A DNA stretch of 60,332 nucleotides, counting the filler, from Jimgerdemannia flammicorona (lineage: Eukaryota), in the NCBI GenBank assembly GCA_003990765.1. It is 3 parts of 3 records of this genome, joined end to end, with 100 filler letters (N's around TTAATTAATTAA, not from the genome) between each part and the next. Parts side by side here need not be neighbours in the genome. Positions count along the whole stretch, not along the records: positions 40,297 to 60,332 come from RBNJ01001776.1; 2 more parts are not named here. The stretch is one strand, 5' to 3'. The translations under genes were made by a program, and so were the position numbers. Shown piece after piece: positions 50,926-60,332 of this stretch. Every line of letters starts with the position of its first letter. Position 1 is the first letter of the stretch. The notes beneath the pieces were generated by a model. The model had not been told where the DNA came from and did no database searches. It saw nothing but the letters and a program-made list of their open reading frames with translations.

Positions 50926-52039
50926 AAAGTATAGTTACCCGGTAGATTGGTTGCATACGGACGAACAGGTGTTTCTATGGAACCAGCTTCGCCCTTGCTT
51001 AAGGGACTCGTCAGTTGGTTTTTAGCAACTAAGACCGGCATAAGGAATCGGTCAAAAGTAAAGTTAGTAGGTGTTTCGGATTTCGAAGATTATACAAGAT
51101 TCACCACATTGATATGAAATACTTATTTACACAGAAATATTCAACGGATTTTACTGAATGTAGAAGCACAAGATGTAAGTATCTTAACTCCATCACTAAC
51201 CCTTAGCATACACTTAAACGTTCGCAGCTTTGTTCGAGTTCAGTTAGGTGACCGCACGCGATCAAGTGACCACACACAACGCAATATGTGTCATATCGAC
51301 CTACAGCACACAGAACACATGCCAGCTGGGATCCGTACATGATTATGGTAACTGTGGGAAAGTATATACGCAAACCATAAAAGCGCAGCACAGAGAAATC
51401 GACGTCATATTCGAGATCACGGGGGAGTTGCCAAGTTTTGAACATCTGATCTGCACAAACCACTCTACATTTCTCGCTCACCCAACTAAAAAAAACATAA
51501 CCATGCCCCCCACTCCCACTTTCTTTGTCTTTCGTACCGCTCACCTCTTCCTGTTCACGCCACCCCCCTCCCCCCCTCTAACCGCCACTCTGGCCATCCA
51601 GGAGGGTGTTTTCGAGTTCGAGGTTGCACCCGAACGCCGCGGATATCGTGCAAGGAAAGGTGTTTTTGGTAATATGTCATAGAATAAATTGTTTCCGACC
51701 ATTTCGGATATAGTGGCGAAAAAGAAGAAGGAAAAAGAGCTATGGACGGATAGAAGCCTCGCACAACATTAGAGATACCACAGGTCATACGAATAGATGG
51801 TTCCGTTATTAAATTCGTCTCTGATATACATGTGCAGCACAAGTGGTGGTGGTGGCGGTATTTTTCGCTTGGTGAAGACGTTCGGGTAGCTGCTGATTGA
51901 ATTCGGTTTGTAAATCTACTTTGTGATAATACCTTTCCGCATGATGGGTAATGCATTTTCCTGTTTGTTTCCTCTCCCTTCCGCCATATATTTTCTCCTC
52001 TTTTTGTAGTTCCATGAACTATTTCAATTTTCTTTATTA

Positions 52040-52372
52040 GACTCTTTTTAGAGTGACGCGGGATGGCGGCGGACGTGATATCCCGAGGGAGGAATTCGAG
52101 TCGGTCATAAGATCCCGTAAGGATCGGACGATTCCTTCGTCGATCAGAACGGGTGTGACTTGATAAACGTACATCACATTGCCGGGGTGGAGATCGTGGT
52201 GACTGTAGCGAGGGTGGTGGAGGTCGGAGAGATGTTGGGTAAAGAGCGTGGATTTGGGCGCGATCTAGGACCAGTTGGTTGTTTGGTGAGCTGGAGGAGT
52301 TTCGAGAGTGCCGAAGGCAAGTGTGGGTTTTGGGATGTTGAGAAAAGCCAAAGATGGGGACACTTTGGTCAT
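52040..52372 (-). pseudogene. Protein kinase fragment (catalytic loop region)
   Basis: LSDLHHPRYSHHDLHPGNVMYVYQVTPVLIDEGI at ~52130-52230: HxDLHxGN loop plus a DFG-like DEG; upstream in-frame stop. Confidence 0.55.
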
Positions 52373-53348
52373 TAATTATCAGAAAGATGAGGACAATCTA
52401 TATATGTATGAAACACGTACGATTTGGGAACTGGAGCTTGAGATGATGGATAATTCCTGCTATCGAGTCACTGAGGTTGCCGAAACAGGATGAGCCGCGA
52501 ATAGATTTTCCCGTGGTAATAGAGACCATTCACTAGCTATCTGTCAAAGTTCGAATACTTCTGGCGTTGGGTATCGACATATCCTTATTTTTTCAACATA
52601 ACTAAATCATCCCAGTACCGACATCAAGATACCTAAACAATGGAAAAATACACATCATGCAGCATATAAAAATGGTATTATATATCTATGATCACAGAAA
52701 ACCAGCACCTATATACTTGAATTGCTTTTACTCAGGGAAAAGTATTAGAATACACATAACAGGAAAATATACTGGACAGATACGACCAGTGCTTTAGCAT
52801 GAACTCTGACAGTATAAGTTCCAACTGTTCTTGGTCGAAAAATATCGAAAATTAGTTATTGCATCCTTTAATATCTGTCATAGGCATATTGTAATGACAT
52901 AAAATGACATAAAATTTGTAGTATTATCAAAGACAATTCTAGTTTTACATATGGTGCCTCCAGTGTGAGGCTCATAGTCATAAAGATTCATGATATAATG
53001 TTTTGTCTTGATCATATACTGTGTACCTTTCAGCTCATAGACAACGACCCTACATTTGTTGCATATTGGAAATACCAGTGGGAGATATTAACGCGTGATC
53101 GTAAAATAGTACGAATACAAGCATAGGCATATTGATTGATTATGATGCTGCTTAACTTGTTAAGAATGTGCTAGATAAGTTCTCTATTCGAAATCATGGA
53201 ATTGGAGCTGAAAGCGAATTATGCGCATGTCGGGGTCCTTCGAAGGCCAGTACACTGTGGGATTCGCTTTTGTAATGATGTGGTCCATACCGAGCCGACC
53301 CCTATTAACCTTTGCCAAATTGAATCTTTCGAACTCCGCCAGGTATTT
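52308..53348 (-). repeat. Inverted segmental duplicate of ~58175-59262 (3' end of the MGNIFS gene plus downstream DNA)
   Basis: Several long reverse-complement matches, e.g. 52552-52650 vs 58885-58980 and 53188-53327 vs 58201-58331. Confidence 0.9.
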
Positions 53349-53434
53349 TGCACGTGTTCTTGCTATACTACAATGTTCGCTCGTCAGCTCTGAAACTTAG
53401 CTCAACGTCCTCCCCTCCATTCGGTCAATCCAAC

Positions 53435-53963
53435 ATGGGCAACATATTCTCTCGCCGTCGTCCCCCAAAACCTCGGTACCGCACATCTCCTGAAGATGAG
53501 GTATCCCGACTTAGCCCTATGATGGAGGTGTACGGAATGTTCATAGTGCGCTTCATCCAAATGATCCACGACCAGATCCTGGTAAAGAACCGAAAATGCT
53601 GGGGCGGCTTCTTGGTTGATTTGCGGTTCCCGAACTCAGAGCCGGAGAGGCTGGTGGCAGTAACAGAAAAAGGTCTCACAGACAGTAAGAATCGAAAAGG
53701 AGATGTTGGCCATGGAACGCAGGGTCTGCGACCGTCTGAACTGGGCAACCTTCTGGGACTTCGTCGAAGAGCACTTTGACCAGACGGACGAAGAGTTGGA
53801 AAGATTCAAGCTAGAGCTCATGACAAAGGTGAATAGGGGACGGCTCAGTGTCGAACACATTGTTACAAAGTCGAATCTGGCCTTCGAAGGACCCCGACAT
53901 GAGCTTGATTCGCTTTCAGCTCCATTTTCAACCAATTTATCTATGAGTACAACAACACTATAA
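53435..53963 (+). pseudogene. MGNIFS family copy 2: diverged and frameshifted
   Basis: MGNIFSRRRPPKPRYRTSPEDEVSRLSP... then a frame change near 53700 into MERRVCDRLNWATFWDFVEEHF. Confidence 0.85.
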
Positions 53964-54685
53964 ACAATACACACTATGCCAATGTGCCTATTCTTATATA
54001 CTGTTCGATCATGCCGCACTAATATCTTCCATTTAGGTATTCTGGCGTTTCCTATGTAGCGAATGCAGGGTGCTCGATCGAGTCAAAACATTACGCCGTA
54101 AATCGCATATGTCAAGAATATGTAAAATTAGAATTATCTTTTGTATTTATTTTATGACATTTCAATATGTTTATGGCTAATATTAAAATATGCAACTCTC
54201 ATGTGAATTAATATTCTGTATTCTTCAAGAGGGTCATGAATATGACTCAGAGTGATGAGTTTATGAGCCTATAGGGTTTAAGATAGGGGTAGTTGCACAA
54301 CAGGTATCAAAGCTCGTACTTTGGAGCAGGATATCGGTTTTAGAAGAGAATGGCTGAACGAACGAGTCAGATCTAGGTCCGTGCACGACTTTAGCACAGT
54401 GTCCAGCCAAATGGTGTTATGTCCAAACAACGAATTGTTGATGGGTGATTCAATTCCCACCACGTGCGTGCTCCCGGGACCGCCGACTACTTCTACGCTC
54501 TTGTCAAAAAGATGAGCCCGGTATGCAATCTCTGAGCCCGAGTCCAGGACTGAACGAAGGCGTGTGGAAATTCGGCAGCTATGACGGCCTACGACGCATG
54601 AGTGCAATTACAATAAGTGCGCAATCGTGCCGGCGAGAGAGATCCATATGTGAGCGGGATCTTTTTGGTTACTCTGAAAATAAAT

Positions 54686-55111
54686 GTGTACGGTGTTTTC
54701 ATAGTGCGCTTCAGCTGATCCACGACCGCATCCTGCCGGAGAATTGAAAACGCTGGAGCAGCTTCGTGGTGCTTGACTTGCGATTCCCGAACTCAGAACC
54801 GGAGAGGCTGGTGGCGGCCACGGCAAAGGGTCCCGCGGACAGTAAGAATCGAAAGGAAATGTTGAAGAAGCTCAAACCCGTGGAGCGATCGTCTGAACTG
54901 GGCAACCTTCTGGGACTTCATCGAGGAGCGCTTTGACCAGACAGAGGAAGACTTCGAAAGATTCAAATTGGAGCTCGTGACACAGGTGAATAGGGGCCGG
55001 TTTCGTGTAGACGACATCTTTACGAAGGCCAACCCCTCGGTGTACTGGCCGTCGAAGGACCCTGACATGCGCTCGATCCGCTTTCAGCTCCAGTTTCACG
55101 AGTTCGAGTAG
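54686..55111 (+). pseudogene. MGNIFS family copy 3: 5'-truncated, with deletions
   Basis: VYGVFIVRF... through ...YWPSKDPDMRSIRFQLQFHEFE*. Confidence 0.85.
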
Positions 55112-56377
55112 ATATGTTGTGTGTAACGCGTGCATCCTCAGTTGTAAATATAACACAAAGACTAGATCACTCGCTTCATAATATTAGATAGCTAATTATT
55201 TATCATATTTCGAAACTTCTCTGATCCAACCCAATGTATAGAATGTACAACCCATAATATATATAATTCACAAATATGGTAACAGTGCAGTTTGTGGGTT
55301 TCCTTTTTCTCTTCTGTAATCCAGATTACATCCCTTTGCGGCAACGGAGACTCGAGTTGAATTGTACAAGACGTTGAGACAGTCCTCTTTAACAACGTCA
55401 AGTCTGTCGAGCGGAGCGCCAAGACGGTGTACATCTGGCTTTGTATGCAACAGTATTGATTTGAACAAGAGTTTCGTTGGATGAGGGGTGGTCCGGTTGT
55501 GCGCTGCCCCCTTTTCAATGATTATTGAGTGCTGTTTACCGGAGCATTCATTGCCAAATGCACAATCGACACATCAGTATCGACTGCCGCGTACGGAATG
55601 ACCCTTTTGCTCAAGGGAATTTGCCCAATTTGAATCATACCACTACGGAAATAACTTGAAGCGACTCAGGGTCGCAGTAGCCAAAACAAATTACTATTAC
55701 ATGAAAAAAAAAAAAAAAAAAAAGTTACTACCTTAGTGCCTCACGACCATGACTGACTAGTGGTGACCTCGCCTTCGCGGCTTCATCAACTCGATAGTAA
55801 AAGCAGTTCGTCTGCGAACATTCTTCCCCCCTAAATGTCCCGCGCTCCCGGTGGTCAAAGTCGACAGTTCCCTTGTAAACCATCTTTAAGTGTGATCGTG
55901 TCACACAGCTACCCTAATTATTACATAGAACAAAGTCCTACATTTCGGTCACAATACCTGTTTAATCAAGGCAGACTTCCTGTCTGAGTATCCAAAGAAC
56001 TTGTGTTGCCCAAACTTGAAACATCTGTTTAAAATGGCCATATAGTTTTTTTTTTCAATACACTTTTGCAAGCTATGGATTACGCGATTTATAATATCTA
56101 ATGCAAGGTTAACAGGGTGATTGGCTCACGTGCTGTGGCAAGAATGCTATAGCAGGAAAAAAAAAAAGCGTAACTAATTACTATCCAGCACCAAGTATAT
56201 ACTTCAAAATAGCGCCTATTAACGGCATCAGATTTAATTAGAAGTCTCGAGATGTATATATATATATTGGCTTGGGAACGCGGATATCACTTGGGAAAGT
56301 GTCACAAAAATCCTGATAGATAGGACCCGTGTACACAATGGAGCCTATCCAGAAATTTACGAACCCCCAAAATTAGC

Positions 56378-56637
56378 CGACCCGACTTTGTGCCCGACCC
56401 GTCTTTTTTTTTTTTTTTTTTTTTTTCCACGGCCGACCCGACCCGTCTTTGAACCCGACCAGCGTCGATTAGAAACTAAATCAAACTTTGAAATTCTGTT
56501 ACTTGAAATTTTGATGTACCTTAGTGTGTTGGATTCGCCTCATTTAGGTCGGGTTCAAAGTGCTGCAGGGTCGGCCATGAGTATGCTGCTGGCTAGGTCG
56601 GGTTTCGGGTTCACTGGGTCGGGTTTGCGGAGCTCTA
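56378..56637. mobile_element. CpG-intact MITE-like derivative of the contig-2 hAT family
   Basis: Right end reads TAGAGCTCCGCAAACCCGACCCAGTGAACCCGAAACCCGACC on the - strand, the undecayed form of 21438-21480; CCCGACC motifs in inverted orientation; left TIR not found. Confidence 0.7.
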
Positions 56638-57800
56638 CTTGAGATGTACAATTAAGTTGGCAATGATATAGCTACAGTCGTCGTAACTCGGGGTTTGTGC
56701 ACCAATGGGTGGAAGTCGGTTGACGTAATTAGCAGTCATATGGGCTGGAGCGTATACGTTGCGTGGGTAATTCGATAGCTTTTTAATATGCTCAGCTTAT
56801 CCTCAGGCTGTAAGTGGTAACTCGGTAAGCTAAGTCGAACAACGGCCTCCTTGGTAACTTGATGTGAGTAACTTGAATTTGGTAGCGAGCAAGAGAAGTC
56901 TATTAACTCAAACTCGGAGCGTCGTGCTCTTAAGATGTTATCTTGTTCTCGAGGCTCTATCATTCTCATGCAAGGCTTGTTTTCAAACTAAGTTGTAGAG
57001 TCTGTGTAACCTTGATTATATAGTTAGAGCGTACTTAGTTCTGTTTCAATCGCATTCCTGCGGTCCTGCAGTTTAGTTCTGCAGTTTTAGTTCCTACATT
57101 CCTGCGTTTCAATCGTTCCCTGCAGTCCAACTTAGTTTAGCTCGGACTCAGTTAATGTACGCCAGTCTCAGCGCGTATTTCAGTTCGTCGTCGTTTTCTT
57201 TACCGTCCATTCTCGTTAGTAATTTCGTGTCTTCAAGTTTGCGTACCCCTCCCACCCATCCCTCATGGTTGAAGGGCAATAAACGGCCCCCTTCGCATAT
57301 GAACGCGAATGGCGGGCCTTGGGAAGCGCATGCTTCCTTATAACCAAACCCATTCCATTACATTTTCTTCGCAACACGTATTTTCGTTTATGAGACACTT
57401 TGTTGTATAAAAGCAAGCAAGTTCGAAGAGGGTGGGCAACGGTTTGCAACGCAAGCCAGGCCAAGCCAGCCAAGTTAAACCAAGCTAAGTATTGTTGTAG
57501 GTCGGGGCTCATAACCCTTGTAGTGACGGTTTACGCGAAACAAGGAACAAAGGGGCACGTGCCAGAAATGGACGCGTTCCAAAAGAGGTATACCGCCGAG
57601 TTGTGTTACCAAACGAATTCGTGGCTGACAACGTGGACGGGGACACAATTTTTCAAAAAGGTACTAATCCTGATAGGCCATAAGGCACCTTTTGAAAAAT
57701 TGCACCCCATATACCCATATATAAACGGGCAATTTGCGAAGTCTCGCGACTTAGGACGTTTGTGTAACAACGGATCTGAAACTTCCTCGGTCAATCCAAC

Positions 57801-58334
57801 ATGGGCAACATATTCTCCCGCCGTCGTCCCTCAAAACGTCGGTACCGCACATCTCCTGAAGACGAGATATCCCGACTTAGCCCTATGATGGAGGTATACG
57901 GTGTGCTCATAGTGCGCTTCATCCAGATAATCTACGACCACGTCCTGGTGAAGAACCGAAAAAGCTGGGGCAGCTTTGTGGTGCTCGATTTGCGGTTCCC
58001 GAACACAGAACCAGAGAGGCTGGTGGCGGCAACGGCAAAGGGTCCCGCGGACAGTAGGAATCGAAAGGAGATGTTGAAAAATCTCAAATCCATGGAGCGC
58101 AGCGCCTGCGACCGTCTGGACTGGGCAACCTTCTGGGACTTCATCGAAAACCGCTTTGACCAGACCGAGGCAGAGTTCGAAAGATTCAAGTTGGAGCTGG
58201 TGGCAAAGGTTAATAGGGGCCAGCTCAGTATGGACCACATCATTACAAAGGCGAACCCCACGGTGTACTGGCCTTCGAAGGACCCCGACATGCGCTTAAT
58301 TCGCTTTCAGCTCCAATTCCATGATTTCGAATAG
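57801..58334 (+). CDS. Intronless 177-aa protein of unknown family with an N-myristoylation motif (MGNIFS) and a polybasic patch
   Basis: Only intact member of a five-copy local family; MGxxxS followed by RRRPSKRR; TAG stop shared with copy 3. Confidence 0.75.
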   Translation: MGNIFSRRRPSKRRYRTSPEDEISRLSPMMEVYGVLIVRFIQIIYDHVLVKNRKSWGSFVVLDLRFPNTEPERLVAATAKGPADSRNRKEMLKNLKSMERSACDRLDWATFWDFIENRFDQTEAEFERFKLELVAKVNRGQLSMDHIITKANPTVYWPSKDPDMRLIRFQLQFHDFE

Positions 58335-59262
58335 AGAATTTATGTGTTTAGTGTGCAGCACATTCTAAACAATTTAAGCATCCTATGCTTGTATTGGTAC
58401 TGTTTGACGATCCCGCGCTAATATCTTCCACTAGTATTTCCAATATGCAACAAATGCAGGATCGTTGTCTATGAGCTGAAAGGTGCGCAGTTTATGATCA
58501 AGACAAAGCAATATGGATGAATATTTATGACTATGAGCCTCGCGCTGGAGGCACCATATGTAAAACTAGAATTGTCTTTGATAATATTACAAATTTTATG
58601 CTATTTTATGTTATTACATTATGCCTATGACAGATATTAAAGGATACAATAACTAATTTTTCGACATTTCTCGACCAAGAACAGTTGGAGCTTATACTGT
58701 CAGAGTTAATGCTAAAGCACTGGTCGTATCTGCCCGATAAATTTTCCTGTTATGTGTATTCTAATACTTTTCCCTGAGTAAACGTAATTCAAGTAGGTAT
58801 ATAATAACATTTTTATATGCTGCGTGACGTGTATTTTCATGAAAGGGTACGGAGATGAAAGTTAACATGGTATATATTCTCTCTTTCCATTGTTTAGGTA
58901 TCTTGATGCCTGTACTGGGATGACTTAGTTATGTTAAAAAAATAGGATATGTCGACACGCAACGCCAGAAGCATTCGAACTTTTACAGACAGCTTATAGC
59001 ACCGAGGTGTTTCTATTTTGAGCAATGACCACGTGACTGTTGAAAATCCAAGCAGCACGCCTCGTGATACCCGCATGCCTCTTTCCACTAACCTAAAACT
59101 CTCAAAGCCCTTCCCTACTCGCGATTCATCCTCTCAGTGAGGTAACAGGAATTATTCACCATCTCAAGTTTCAGTTCCCTCATCTTTCTGACAACTAATG
59201 ACCAAAGTATCCCCATCTTTGGCCTTTCTCAACTTCCCAAAACTAACAATTTGCCTTCGGCA

Positions 59263-60332
59263 CCTCGTTGGCGTTGGCCCCAAACTCGGCCACGAGGAAC
59301 TTCACGATTTCGACGTGTCCGCTCTGCGGCTTGGTGCAGCGGCGTCGATCCATTGTTGCTCTGGAAACTCGGCCACGAGTAATCTCACGACCTCGACGTC
59401 CCATGCTCCGCGGCTTGATACAGCGACGTCGATCCTTCGTTGTTCTTGGTGTTGGCGTTGGCCCCGAACTCGGCCACGAGCAACCTCACGACCTCGACGT
59501 GCCCATACTCCGCGGCTTGGTGCAGCGGCATCGACCCATTGTCGCTCTTGACGGTGACGTCGGCCCCGAACTCGACCACGAGTAACTTCGCCACCTCAAC
59601 GTGCCCATTTTTTGCGGCTTGATGCAGCGGCGTCAATCCTCTGTTGTCCTTGGCGTTGGCGTTGGCCCCGAACTCGGTCACGACCTCGACGTGCCCATGC
59701 TCTGCGGCTTCGTGCAGCGGCGCCAATCCGTAGTTATTTTTAACGTTAACGTCCGCCCCGAGCTCGGCCATGAGCAATCTCATGACCTCGACGTGCCCAA
59801 CTGATGATGGCAAAATGCAGCGCTGTCTGTCCGGCATTTTCCTTGGCGTTGGTGTCCGCCCGAACTCAGCCACGAGCAATCTCAGGACCTCAATATGCCC
59901 ACCCCTCACTACCTGGTGCTACGAAGTCCGTCCAAAATCGTCCTTGGCGTTGACGTCCTTTCCAAACTCGGTCATGAGAAGCCTCGCGAACTCAACTCCA
60001 CGGCCAGGTGCAGCAGCGCCATGTTGTGATTGGCTTTCTCGTTGGTGTCTGCAAAAAACTCCAATGCGAGTAGCTCGACTACCTCGGCGCGTCCTTTTTG
60101 TGCAGCCATGTACATAGGCGTCAGACCTTGTCTGTTCCTCACATCTTTGTTCTCCAAGCGTTGTTCCACGAAAGGTAAGGTCGAACTTGATCCTTGAAGC
60201 ACGTTGTCTCCAATGACGACTACTATTCCTATCCCGGTTGACCCCTGTGCCCAAAAAATAATATGTTACAATTTTCTGTTGTCCTGCCTTGGCCGCCATC
60301 AGATGCCGTTCAAATGCCTTCGCACCCCCCCC
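59263..60332 (-). pseudogene. Ankyrin-repeat gene remnant with several frameshifts
   Basis: ~99-bp repeats encoding e.g. NAKDNRGLTPLHQAAKNGHVEVAKLLVVEFGAD, spread over different frames. Confidence 0.88.

Noticed and set aside
1..60332. rRNA or tRNA genes
   Set aside because: None recognisable by eye; tRNAscan-SE or Infernal would be needed to exclude them formally

Overview
Eukaryotic, intron-containing fungal DNA. Gene style and repeat content suggest an early-diverging, Mucoromycota-like fungus (inference). The window is three separate contigs (1-20049, 20150-40196, 40297-60332; lengths 20049/20047/20036) joined by artificial 100-nt N44-TTAATTAATTAA-N44 spacers, so adjacency across the spacers means nothing. 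Contig 1 is a gene island beside AT-rich decayed repeat DNA: a SAM-like protein, a hypothetical protein, an alkaline ceramidase, an AFG3-type m-AAA protease, a secreted bacterial-looking protein, and a TRF/Tbf1/Taz1-like telomere-binding protein. Contig 2 is a nest of CpG-deaminated transposons: a two-gene hAT element with twin hairpins, LINE ORF1 copies, an LTR with an internal ORF, and a Copia element. Contig 3 holds Copia/Gypsy remnants, an IR/DR Tc1 element, a non-autonomous LTR element, a cluster of five copies or fragments of a 177-aa putatively myristoylated protein I do not recognise, a kinase fragment and ankyrin repeats. Best leads: the MGNIFS gene family, two different hAT-like ends sitting at almost the same position in two LINE ORF1 paralogues, the hAT cargo gene, the ORF inside the LTR, and a telomere-like G4 motif just upstream of the telomere-binding gene. 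All calls were made by eye, without database searches, and boundaries of decayed elements are approximate.
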